DNA of 64,000 nt. It comes from Octopus vulgaris (lineage: Eukaryota). A program made the translations under genes and the position numbers. The stretch covers positions 22,010,001 to 22,074,000 of the forward strand of contig OX597836.1 in the NCBI GenBank assembly GCA_951406725.2, read 5' to 3'. Below are positions 1 through 13,395 of the stretch, one piece after another. The notes beneath the pieces were generated by a model that did no database searches, was not told the origin of the DNA, and worked only from the letters and a program-made list of their open reading frames with translations. Every line of letters begins with the position of its first letter. The stretch's first letter is position 1.

Positions 1-3000
1 TGATAGTTGGATATCTTCTGTGTTTCTTGAATTTATGCAGGTCTCTCAAGTTTTTTTGGCAAAGTATTGAAAAACTGCTGGCATCTTCTTGTTCTTTTCT
101 TTTATTCCTTTACTTGTTTCAGTCATTTGGCTGTGGCCATGCTGGAGCACCACCTTTAGTCGACCAAATCGACCCCAGGACTTATTCTTTGTAAGCCTAG
201 TACTTATTTATTCTATAGATGTCTTTTGCCGAATCACTAAGTTATGGGGACGTAAACACACCAGCATCGGTTGTCAAGTGATGGTGGTGGTGGGGGGGAC
301 AAACACAGACATGCAAACAGTCACACACACACACACACATGCAGATGACGGGTTTCTTTCACAAGGCTTTGGTCAGTCTGAGGCGATAGTTGAAGACACT
401 TGCCCAAGGTGCCACACTGTAAGACTGAACTTAGAACCATGTGATTCAGAAACAAACTTCTTACCACACAGCCATACCTGCATCTGTTGGGCAACCGACT
501 GCATAGTTTCTTTTTCTGTATCTATAAAACAGTCCTTGGACGAAAATTGTATGCACATTTGACTATGACGGTCAATGGCGGTCAAACCGAGGCTAGGATC
601 GAGCTGAAAATTGGCAGGGATACTAAATGCATGGTGAGGATGAGACCCACGATGGTTAAAATTCGCAAGCTATAAAGATGTGGTTGCTATAGCAAAAAGA
701 GTGATTTTTATCGATTCAAGGGGGCCCAGATCCCCTCTGAGTTTGTGCGATTGGCTTCTAATGCCCAGTGGCATGCACTGCAGGCTGTTGTGCTTAATAA
801 ACATACATTTTGTCGCAAAATTCCAGCTACTAGGAAACGATTTTTCATTGTGAAAAAACGAGTGCTTTTTGCCCTCATTTTCTTTTTAATCTTTTTATAA
901 AAGTGAAAGGATTTTGTCTATTTATTTCTGCTGTCCACTTACGATTGTGATTCAGTTGACGAGGAAAACTATACATGATGAATATCCAATACCTAACTAT
1001 CTTAATCTACATATTGAAACTGCATTAAACTTCGGCAAGCTTACCTTTACCTATTCTGAGTTACTTGAAAGGTGATGTTCCCTTCCCTCTCTTCTGATTG
1101 TTGATACCTTTTTTTTTATCTTTGATACCGTTGTTTCACTTTAAGGATGCTTCTTTACCCAGCCGTTATGATATTTCGGCTGCTGTCCATTGCTTCAAAT
1201 AGGTTTTAGCATTGTCATTCTAGCCTTTTTTAAACACTCACATATGATTTGTCCCAAAGAATCAACCTTTAAATAAGAGTTTTGCTTCCACTAGTGAAAG
1301 CTATATGTATCTTTCAGGAAGCTCCATACCAATTTGATAAGATGGATACATCGAAACCGGTTATATTTTAAATCATTCACTTAAACAAAAATATTAAACG
1401 TTCTCAAAAATAAACTTCTGTGCCTTTTCCAACTTTATGGAAGTAAGTGAAAATCAAAATCAAAATCGAAATTAATCAACATCAATGGAAATTGCAGCTG
1501 TGATACCAGTGCCGGTAGTACGTAAGCGAACCATCTGAACGTGTCTGTTGCCAGCACCGCCTCGACTGGCCTCGTGCCTGTGGCACATAAAAAGCACCAT
1601 CCGATCATGGCTGTTTGCCAGCCTCGTCTGGCACCTGTGCTAGTGGCACGTAAAAAGCACCCACTACACTCACGGAGTGGTTGGCGTTTGGAAGGGCATC
1701 CAGACATAGTAACATTGCCAGATCAGACTGGGCCTGGTGCAGCCTTCTGGCTTCCCAGACCCCAGTTGAACCGTCCAACCCATGCTAGTATGGAAAGGGG
1801 ACGCTAAACAATGATGATGATGATGATGATGAATACATAAGCTTTATCTCCATAAGGTAGAGGGTGATGATAAGGAAGTGAAGGATAGGGAAGAGAGGAT
1901 ATGGAGAAAAAAGAAAGAAAGCTGACTCAACCCTTACTGATTACCATAATATTAATAGAGGAAGACTTTGAAGGATAATGAAATAAGGGTTATAGGGGGC
2001 AAAGCTCTAAACTATGACGGGAACCATTGCACAGGAATCAAAAGAAACTACTACAACTTAGTAGAGTCATAATAAGAGTAATTAAAAATTAAATATAAGT
2101 AAATACAGTCCCACTGCGTGGCACCTTGGGCAAGTGTCTTCTACTATAGCCTCGGGCTGACCAAAGCCTTGTGAGTGGATTTGGTAGACGGAAACTGAAA
2201 GAAGCCTGTCGCATATATGTATATATATATATATGTGTGTGTGTCTGTGTTTGTCCCCACCAACATTGCTTGATAACCGATGCTGGTGTGTTTACGCCCC
2301 TGTAACTTAGCGGTTCGGCAAAAGAGACTGATAGAATAAGTACTAAACAAGTACAAAGAATAAGTCCTGGGGTCGATTTGCTTGACTAAAGGCGGTGCTC
2401 CAGCATGGCCGCAGTCAAATGACTGAAACAAGTAAAAGAGTAAAGAGTAAATTATTATAAGGTTCTTAAAATTATAAGAAAAAGAGATGCATTAAAATAT
2501 ATCATCCCTCCCTGTCCTTCACTTCCTTATTACTGCCTTCTGCTTTGTTGATTTGTGGAGATAAAGCTTGTGTATTGGGTCCATCACAAATGACCTTGAT
2601 AATTTAGTAGGTTGACCTGACCTCAAATCATTTTCTTACCACTGTCCAGTAGACATTAAGCAACTTCTTAATAGATAAACCTAAGACTAATGGAGCCACA
2701 CCCTCCTCTCTTGTTAGGTGTAGAACTAATTGGGTCACTGAAGTTAATTATTCCTTCCCCCTCCTAAAAACTCTACTAACCTCTAAATTTCTCTGTTCTG
2801 ATCAAATATATATTATTCTCGTAAATCCATTCTGTCAACTGAAATATTAGCAGAATCACTGGAAATGTTTTGCTTTGTGGATTTTAAACTGTTAAATCAT
2901 TTTTAATGCCTTTTATTTGAAATTCATGAATTCAGCTGACGAAAACAGTTTCTTTACAATTATGTAATGTTTTCATTAATCAATTAACCCTTTAGTGTTC

Positions 3001-3462
3001 TGATTATTCTATCAAACATAATGCTTATTGATTCCCATTGATTTGAATTAATCGTGCATTATCTCATATCTTCACCATCTTGATGGTGCAATTACTTAAT
3101 GTAGAATAACATTGTAGGGTAGGTGTGAGGGCCTGGATCCGGTCAGTTTGAACGTAAGGCAGATTAAATATTTTGGCCGGATATGGCCGGTTTAAATACT
3201 AAAGGGTTAAAGGAATCGTTAGAAATGGCCGTAATGGATTGTCACCTGTACCTCTATTGTTATTCGTTTATATATATATATATATCAGAAAATGAGATGA
3301 CAAAGGAATAAATGATTACCTTATGAACTTCATTAGATTACAGCTGTTTCTGCTACAAGATGTGGTGGACTCATGCTTGAGTGCCTGAGTAACACCTTAC
3401 TGTCTCCTCAGAGTCTCAGAGTCTCAAATATATATATGTATGTGTCTGTGTGTGTGTGTATC

Positions 3463-3544
<82 letters not shown>

Positions 3545-3877
3545 GGTGCATGGCTCAGTGGTTAGAGTGTCAAGCTTATGATCATGAGGTTGTGAGCTCG
3601 ATTCCCGGACTAGGCTGCGTGTTGTGTTCTTCAGCAAGACACTTTATTTTCACGTTGCTCCAGTTCACTCAGCTGTAGAAATGAGTTGCGACTTCACATG
3701 TGCCAAGCTGTATCAGCCTTCGCCTTTCCCTTGGATAACACTGGTGGCATGGAGAGGGGAGGCCGGTATGCATGGGCGACTGCTGGTCTTCCATAAACAT
3801 CATTGCCCGGACTTGTGCCCTGGAGGGTAACTTTCTAGGTGCAATCCCATGGTCATTCATGACTGAAGGGGGTCTCA

Positions 3878-3922
<45 letters not shown>

Positions 3923-5746
3923 TATGTATAACGGGAAAGTTTATCAAAATAAACAAAAGACGAAGGCAGGTGGAGTACGAACAAACAAATGTATTAGTAT
4001 GGTGCTCAGGAATAGAAATAGAAAAAGTCTTTTACGTTTCGAGCCTATGCTCTTCGACAGAAAGATACACAGAAAAAAACAAGGAGAGAGAAAAATGCGT
4101 GTAATGTATGTATGTATGTATGTATGTATGTACATATATATGTACACAAACATACATATATACATACATGCATCTGTTATTGCCAAGTAATTTTCACAAT
4201 AGAATGCTTTGGCAGACTTTCAGAATAGCACGCCAACGTAAGGTGGATCTTCTCCATTTTGATGGGGATCTTTCAAATTTTCTTTTTCTACACCCTTGTA
4301 AATGATGGTAGAGAAACTTTGTATGAAAAGGAATTTTTGAAAATTTATGAATCTACCCCTCTATCTACCTTCCAGATTGATTTTGTCCACTTTTCCTTTT
4401 TGAACTATACACTTAAAAATAATAGGAGACACCCTTTCGTTTCACGAAAAGAAATAAAAATTGTTTTATGAACTTACGATGAAAGTAAACAAACAAATAA
4501 TTTATTCTCAAATGCATGATAATGCTAATACAATAGCATGAACAGGAATTACAACCGTGTTTCGTGGTCTGCTACCACAACAGCTCCTTTATAGGATCCA
4601 GTTAGCTCAAGACATCATCAGGAGGAACCACGTCCGGTTTCGGCCCCTACTCCTCTACCGTTTTGACGTGGCAGGGCCCCCGTTTCGGAGGTGTCTTCAG
4701 TTCTGGTGTTGGGTGCATGTCTTCTTTCTTCTTCTTTCTTCTGTTCCCTGGCCTCTTCGATGTATCGTCAGCGAGTGTCAGCCGGTGACTGACTGTCTTG
4801 TCAAATTTTTCCCTTTAAATACCTGCCGCATAGGCTCCAGCAGGCAGCCCCAGCAAGTTGTCATGTGACATTGTCTCACCTTAACTGACTAGTGAAGGCG
4901 CGTAAACTATCCATATATTGCAGGTAAAAGTTGTTACTGGCCAGCCATGATACTCAAACTCACATCCCTGTGATTACATATATGTGTGTATAAATGTGTA
5001 ATATATATATATAAATTTATATAATAAGGGTGAAAAATTGAATATTAATTTGATTAATATCAAATTTAAAACCAGTGGCCTAGCATATTGAAAAATCTGA
5101 AGATTCAGAAAAATTATATTACATATAATTTTCTGAGAACAATCTTTTCTTAGTGGTCAGACCATATGGGGTCTACATCTAGCATAATGGATGTCCACTT
5201 AGTGGTCATCCCACTTATATATATATATATGTATATACGACAAATAATAAAACAGAGGATATAAAATCGACAAACATCAGCCAGTAAACATCACAGTATG
5301 TTTATTTATTGAAATGTACTGGATAAATACATACACCGGTGCTAATTCTTGCACCTGCACACCCATGCAGTTCAATTGCGCATTTCTTTCTATATGCTTG
5401 TATGTTTTCACACCCTTGTTTATGAAGTTACCAGCTTTTTCCACTCGCTAATCTGTACCACGCATACATGTGTGTGTATTCATCCAATACATTTCAATGA
5501 ATAGACATACTGGAATGTTTACCAGCTGATGTCTATCGATTTTATATCCTCTCTGTTTTCTTATTTGCCGTATAAATCAAGGGTAAACCACTTTTTACTC
5601 CTCACCCCGCCCATATATAATACTCAGTTGCAAGATTGCCATGCAATAACTAGCACTTGGCTATATATAATCGGGTACACTACCAGCAGTATATTGAATA
5701 GGTACTATCCCTTAGTTGGTTTCTCAACCTCTAACTCACACAGATA

Positions 5747-5809
<63 letters not shown>

Positions 5810-7194
5810 ATTTATATATAAATATATATATATGTGTGTATATATATATAAATATATATATATATAAATGTGTGTGTATATATATATATATATATATGTA
5901 TATGTGTGTGTGTGTATATATATGCTTGAAATGAGGAGTAGATAGGCAGCCAACAACTGATGAAGGGTCGTTCTTTATGTTACTTGTCCTGTTTTCCATT
6001 TTTTCTCTTGTTGTTTGCGTATTCAACTCATTTGTTTTCATATTTTATGTTGTTTACTGTTTCTGACGTCCTGTACCCATATATGTATATATATATATAT
6101 ATATCTTTTATTATTATTTGATTGAACGCCATATATTCATTTCCAAGTAAGTTTATCTTAATCTTTTTGATGCAACTCTACCCTATACTGTTCCCTCCCC
6201 TATCGTTTTCTCTCTCATCCTTTCTCTTTTCTTTCCCCTTCACCATTCTCTCTCTCTCTCCCTCCCCCTCTTTCTCCTTTGCTCTTGTTGCTCACACGTG
6301 ACCATCCTCCATCTTTCTTTTCCTTCAGGGCTGTCCTAGAGGCTGGATGTATCCTATCTATCTCTCTTTTCTATCTTTTTGCTTGTCAGAGAAAATATTT
6401 CTGTAGCGTTTGCTATTTTACTCTCGTTCTGGTCTAACGATCTTCCATGTTTGTTTTCGTTCAGTTTCCTTGTATGTCTCCACTGTACTGGTTTTGTTCC
6501 CAATCCATAAATCCCAAATTTTATTTTGGTATTTGTGGGAGCAACCCCCTTTAAAAACTCATATTATCATTCAGTGCTCAGTGATACACATTAACTGGTT
6601 ACAGCATTTTCCAGACTGGTGTACATGTTTATGCTATGCCTGAAGACAAAAATTACTGTCAGCGCTATATGAAATTTTTATTCTGCCCATCAGTCTTACG
6701 ATCTATTCATACAATTTGATTTGCTTTTGTGATATAAAACATCTAGAAATATTTATTGCATTGTGTTTACTCTATGTCGGATATTATGAATATGCAAAAA
6801 AAACACCTTTTCAAATTTCACTCTCCCAATTTAAAATTTTGATTTTGTTTACTTTAAAAATATCATAATGAACTGACAAACATATGCAAATTGAAATCTA
6901 ATATAGACAAACACATTAAAGTGAAAAGAATTTGGGCTTTACTTGTGTTTGCCCTAAATATCGTAAATAATAATTAAATAAAAATTAAATATACACCATT
7001 TTATGAGAAACACATTAATATGTTTAATGATTACAGTTATAAAGTTTAATATGGGGCTCAAATTTCACCCCCTCCCCCAATTTTAAATTTTGAACCATTT
7101 CATCCATTTATTTATTTGTCTGTCTATCTCTCTATCCCTATCTGTTTATTCATCTCTCTCTCTATTTTATTTACATCAACCATTTTCACATGCA

Positions 7195-7970
7195 AAAGTA
7201 GTCTGCATGATGGATTCCCCGGATGCTCACACCTTTTCAGAAGCAGGAATAAGTCAATTGCTCCCAGGCTCATTTGGCAATGTGCCAAGAAAATGAGGAG
7301 GATTTTTATGGCAGACATATCACACAAGATGAAACATGAGTCCATCACTATGAAACTGAGACTAAAGTCCAATCGAAGCAATGGAAGCATGATAACTCAC
7401 CATCTCCAAAGAAGTCTCGTTTCCAAACCTCAGCAGGCAAGGTGATGCTCACAGTCTTTTGGGACTAGTACAGAGTAGTGATGATGGATTTTCTGCCAAA
7501 TGGCACCACAATTAATGGGGTATATTATGCTTCTCTGCTGCAGAAATTGCAGGATGGCATCAAACCAGAGAAGTGTGGCATGCTGACCAAAGGAGTCCAC
7601 CTCCTTCAAGACAATACCTCAGTTTACAATGCGCTTGTTGCCCAGACAAAAGCATATTCCTGCAGCTTTGAAATCCTTCCTCATCTCCCTTACTCTTCTG
7701 ACCTCATACCATCTGACTTCCACCTCTTTCCAACCATAAAGTCTTTTTTGAAGGAGAAGCACTTTTTGGATGATAATGAGCTTATTTCTGAAGTAAAATT
7801 TTGACTCCAGACGCAACTTACTGAGGTCTTGACAGCTGCATAAAGCAATGGGAGAAGTGTGTCACCATTGGTGGTGTCTATGTAGAGAAGGACTAATAAT
7901 TATGCCAAGTTTCACTTATCCCAGTCCTTGGCAAGTGAGTCAGAGGAAATCTTTAATGTGCACCCCTCAT
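7195..7970 (+). mobile_element. Degenerate mariner (DD34D) transposase remnant, 3' part with right end
   Basis: Motifs SKQWKH, AGKVMLTVFWD, LLQDN and HLPYSSDLIPSDFHLF (PYSPDLAPSDF-like). Contains stops and frameshifts. Confidence 0.88.
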
Positions 7971-8376
7971 AAATATGTCATGAATATTAAGTTTGTTTGA
8001 TAATATAATCACAGGTCATAATGTGAAACTTACTTTTTTCTGTCTTCTGTTACAAAGAAATGTAGTTGTTGTTCTGTGAGGGTAGTGCTCACCTTCCAGT
8101 TTGATAATCTGTTGTAAATATGCAAATATATATCCGGGAAATGTCAGCTATGTTCTGAAGAGTCACTCTCAATAATGTTAACAAAGGGGTGTATTATAAA
8201 TAAATTTACTGAATAAATCCCCAGATGCCTACACGCAGTTAAACACACATTCACATATTACAATCCTGACCATACATAACTAATGTAAACACAACACCCA
8301 CAACTCTGATTAATCCACCTGAACTTAAGGAACTGTATTCGAATAGCTTGCATTTAGACATCTAAGTTTACTGTCT

Positions 8377-8485
<109 letters not shown>

Positions 8486-8597
8486 GAGGGAGAGAGTTTT
8501 TGAAGTGATGTACAGATATTGTATATTTAGAATGATAAGGTAGTCAGAATGTTGGATATTATTATTATATTTTTATTTACATTTTATTTACATTTTC

Positions 8598-9570
8598 ATG
8601 TCCAGCAGATGCACAGGGGCAATAGACACCACAGATACTCAGAAAACAGATTCCATCACACTCCAGGGGGAGAAACTAGAAGTAGTTGATAACTTCTGCT
8701 ACCTTCTGTGACCAAGTTAGTAGTGGGGGTGGCTGCTCAGAGAGTGTTACCACTAGAATACGAATAGCCTGAGCAAAGTTTAGAAAGCTTCTTTCCCTAC
8801 TGGCGACAAAGAGTTTCTCACTCACAGTGAATTGTAGATTGTACGACGCATGTGTGCGAACAGCCATGCTTCATGGCAGTGAAACATGGGCTGTGACTGC
8901 TGAGAGCATGCGTAGGCTCTAAAGAAATGAGGCTAGCATGATCCGCTGGATGGCTATTGTCAGTATGCACACACAACAGTGTGTAAGCGCCCTGAGAGAA
9001 ATGCTGGACATAAGACGCATTGGATGTGGTGTGCAGGAGAGACGTTTACGCTGGTATGGTCATGTACTATGGATGGATGAGGAGAGATGTGTGAAGAAGT
9101 GCCACTCTCAAATAGTTGAAGGAATCCGGGATAGAGGTAGACCCAGGAAGACATGGGATGAGGTGATGAAGCATGACCTTCGAACGTTGGGCCTCACAGA
9201 GGCAATGATGAAAGACCGACACCTCTGAGATATGCTGTGACTATGAAGACCTGACAAATGAAGTGACTTCATGGGTCGCAGTATGGCCTTCTGTGCTTAC
9301 CTTTGATCGTAGGGCGACCTGCTGTGCTAGAAGAGACCTATTGAGTCAAGCACATTAACATCAACATCAAAATAAAAATCAAATGGAAATTGTAGTTGTG
9401 ATACACGTGCCGGTGGCACGTAAAAACCACAATCCAAACATGGCCGATGCCAGTGCCGCCTTGACTGGCATCTGTGCCAGTGGCACATAAAAAACACCAA
9501 CCGATCATGGACATTGCCAGCTTCATTTGGCCGCTGTGCCAGTGACACGTAAAACACACCCACTACACTC
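8598..9570 (+). mobile_element. 5'-truncated RTE-clade LINE (end of RT ORF plus 3' UTR)
   Basis: LEVVDNFCYL, MLHGSETW, RRLRWYGHV and RGRPRKTW motifs. 3' UTR is shared with many shorter copies in the window. Confidence 0.85.
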
Positions 9571-10123
9571 CTGTTGCAGGTTCAATCTGAGGAATATTGA
9601 AATGATACCCATCTTGTCCATTCCACAGAATAAGAGTATACCAGAAAGCATGATAAGAGGGATGAGTCTGTGAAACACGTTTAAGGTTGTTATTTTGAAC
9701 ACAAATGAGAATATCATGGTTTCCATGGGGATCACCAACCATAAGGATGACTACTTCATTAGATGTGGACTCATTAAAACAGTGCAAAATGTTCTTTACT
9801 TTAGATGTAAGGAACGCAGAAACACACTCAGAATTAATAATATTGAAAACAGCAAAATGTACATATACGAAGTTGAAGCAAAATGAAATGTAATCAATCT
9901 GGGTACAAAACCTACTTTCTGTAGCATAGTTATGCTATAAAAAAATGGAAAGTCAGCAATTTGGTAAAAGTTAGTATGCGTCACCAATGTAACAAAGTAC
10001 AGAGAGTTAACTTATATTTGGAACATGTACTAAATGTTATCAAATTCATAATTGAATGAATGTCACTGTGAAGAAAGTGGAAAGCTGAGAAAATTCAGAA
10101 GCATAATTATTACATATATACTT

Positions 10124-10172
<49 letters not shown>

Positions 10173-12332
10173 GAATGTGAGTTTCTGTTTGTGTGTATAT
10201 GTGTATACGTATGTATATTTATATATATATGTATGTATGAGTGTATTAGTATATCTAATATATATATATATATCATCATCATCATCATCGTTTAGCGTCC
10301 GCTTTCCATGCTAGCATGGGTTGGACGGTTCAACTGGGGTCTGGGAAGCCAGAAGGCTGCACCAGGCCCAGTCTGATCTGGCAATGTTTCTACGGCTGCA
10401 TGCCCTTCCTAACGCCAACCACTCAGAGAGTGTAGTGGGTGCTTTTTACGTGCCAGCCGAGGCTGGCAAACGGCCACAATCGGATGGTGCTTTTTATGTG
10501 CCACCGGCACTTTTACGTGATATATATATATATATATATATACATATATGTATGTCTGTGTATGTGTAAATGTGTGTGTTTGTGTGTGTGTGTGTGTATG
10601 TGAGAGTATTTACATGTGTGTATCTGTTTTTTACATAAGTAGGAGTGTAGACCCTATACAGGCCCATTTTTACCTCTGGGAAGATATAGTCCATGTTAGT
10701 CTGGCCTCCATCCTTTGTCCTGTTCAGCATGGAAGGCCCTACCAAGACCTTGCACTCCTCCAGTATACCTCTCAGGGTCTTTGAGGCACACAAGCCATAG
10801 CACCACCACAAGGTCAAGTCCTTGTGGTGGATGCTTTCAACAAGAAAAGACAACAGTTTCAGAAATCCTACTTTTGTCTCCTTTCATTTGTTATATACGA
10901 ATAAAATAAATAAAATAAACCTTTTTACTATTGGTACAAGGCCTGAAAGTTTTGGGAGAAGAGATAAGTCGATTACATCAGCACCAGTGTGTAACTGGTA
11001 CTTATTTCATTGACCCTGAAAGGATGAAAGGCAAAGATGACCTTGGCAGAATTTGGATTCAAAACTTGCAGATGGATGAAATACTGTTAAGCATTTTGCC
11101 TAGTTTGCTAACAATTCTGCCAGCTCACCACCTTAATAATAATAATATAAAAACATGTGAGTACATTGTTGTATAACAGGATTTGATTTTTAGAATCTAT
11201 TGCTTATTTTAACTGACTTTCCGGTTAGGCAGCCTTCTAACCTAGGCATAGAACCTGAAATTTGTGGAGAGAGATGGTTTAATTTATGAAATCAATCCCA
11301 GTATTTGACTGTTAGTTTATTTTACAAGAGCAGGAATGCTTGTGTGGTTAAGAAGTTTGCTTCACAACCATGTGATCTCAAGTTCAGTCCCACTGCAGGA
11401 CACCTTAGGTAAGTGTCTTTGACTTACAGCCCCAGGGTTACCAAAGACTTGTGAGTGGATTTGGTCAGCAGAAAGTAAAAGAAGACCATCATATACTCAC
11501 ATAGACATATATATATATATATGTTAGTGTGTGTTTGTGAGTACCTTTGTCTTACTTGACATTCTGGTTATAAACAAGGATCACTGTTATGGAAACAATG
11601 TTGTTTATTCCCAGTCTTCCATCAAAAACATGTCAGGTCACGGTGCGACTGGCAACAAGAAGGAAGGGCATCGGGCCATAGAAAATCCGCCTCAACAAAA
11701 TTCCATCTAACCCATGCAAGCAGGGAAAAGTGGATGTTAGATGATGATGATAATGATGACCCTGGAGGGATAAGAGGCTAAGTTGACCTCAGCAAATTTT
11801 GCACTCAGATTACAAGGAGCCTGAATAAACATTGCCAGGCAGTTTTATATATTTTTTTTTTCTTTGCCACTCTTAAAATTTTTCCAATCCACTACACTAA
11901 ATATCTGTGATAATATATAATAACTTAGTTACCCCACAAGCACATATAAATAATGCATACATACATCCTTCCTTTCTTCCTTCTTCCCACCCTCCCGCCC
12001 TCCCTCTAGCTTCTATATCCAGATTACAAATTTACATGTATACCAATAATAACTGGAGCACTTGGTTTTGTAAGTAAATGCTTAATAGTCTGGATAAGCT
12101 TGGATTTTTAGAAAAAGAAAATCAACCGATTTGCACGTTACAAATACGATTTGTAAGTGGAACAGTAAAACTCTGCAAAACTTTTCTTAGATTTAAAATG
12201 GGACTTTGCTTTTGTTATCTACACTTTAGTGACGGAGCTTTGTCTCTTTATTAGAAATCAGCTCCTTCTTCAGAGGAAGAATTTAAATGATTAAAAACAG
12301 AAAAGAACAAACATACATACTTACATATGCAT

Positions 12333-12668
12333 ATTCATTCATTCATTCATCCCTTCATTCATTCATTCATTCATCCCTTCATTCATTCATTCATTCATTC
12401 ATCCCTTCATTCATTCATTCATCCCTTCATTCATTCATTCATTCATCCCTTCATTCATTCATTCATCCCTTCATTCATTCATCCATTCATCCCTTCATTC
12501 ATTCATTCATTCATTCATCCCTTCATTCATTCATTCATCCCTTCATTCATCCCTTCATTCATTCATTCATTCATCCCTTCATTCATTCATTCATCCCTTC
12601 ATTCATTCATTCATCCCTTCATTCATTCATTCATTCATTCATTCCTTCATTCATTCATTCATTCATTC
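12333..12668. repeat. (TTCA)n microsatellite with periodic TCCC interruptions
   Basis: Read directly from the sequence. Confidence 0.95.
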
Positions 12669-12727
12669 TATAGAACCCTCTGCTCTATACCTTTCTCTAT
12701 AACCCTTCAATGCTCCCACCTCATTAA

Positions 12728-12947
12728 CCCTTTCGTTACTGTATTTATTTTGAGATGCTCTGTGTTTCTTTCAATTACTTTAAATATAACAAAGAATTTA
12801 GTAAAATAACTTCGTTATCATTAAGCTAGTGATAGAAATATTAATTGCGACTAAGGTTTGGTAGAATATTTTAATTCAAAACTTATGAAAACAAGACATT
12901 TTACCACAAAGCCAGAGCCGGTTTTGGCCGGGTTAGTAACAAAAGGG
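12728..12947. mobile_element. About 220-bp non-autonomous piggyBac-like MITE (TTAA|CCCTT...AAGGG|TTAA)
   Basis: TTAA TSD and CCC/GGG termini. Same architecture at 2988-3206, 13484-13704, 30517-30727 and 43258-43477 (two subfamilies). Confidence 0.8.
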
Positions 12948-13087
12948 TTAACTCAATCACGTGTTCTCTTCTTTGGTTTCTAAACAATTTTGTGTTAATG
13001 TTTTAGTACTTTTTTTTTGTTTTGCCATTACGACTAAAGCCATGCTGGAGCATCAAACTAAGACTTGATTATTTTCTATATTTTCAG

Positions 13088-13129
13088 CCAGGCAGAGTGG
13101 TTACATTGGTACAAAGTGATAATCCTGAG
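13088..13129 (+). CDS. CHAC2: ChaC-family glutathione-specific gamma-glutamylcyclotransferase, internal 42-nt exon (PGRVVTLVQSDNPE)
   Basis: ttttcag| acceptor and |gtaggt donor, phase 0/0. PGRVVTL is the conserved ChaC motif and joins in frame to AIVWGVAY at 16006. The first coding exon (FGYGSL motif) was not found in the window. Confidence 0.88.
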
Positions 13130-13138
13130 GTAGGTTAG

Positions 13139-13395
13139 AACCTTTCTCTTACTGAGTGATATGGTGACAGTTACTAGAAGAGGGACCCAAACTTTTCTCT
13201 TACTGCATGACATAGTTATTAAAAGAGGAACAGAAACTTTCTCTTATTGTATGACTTAATGATAATTACTAGAAGTGGGTCCAAAACTGTCCCTTAGTGT
13301 GTGACGTAGTGATAGTTACTAGAAAAGGGATCTAAGCCTCATATTGTATGACATACTGATAGTTAGTAGAAGAGGGACGCGAATCTTACTATGTA
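13139..13395. repeat. Degenerate minisatellite, about 50 bp x 5, starting about 10 nt after the ChaC micro-exon donor
   Basis: Recurrent ctttctcttact...tgac....tgatagttactagaagaggga units. Confidence 0.7.

Noticed and set aside
12287-12809. ORFs rich in FIHS/HPF repeats
   Set aside because: These are translations of a (TTCA)n microsatellite.
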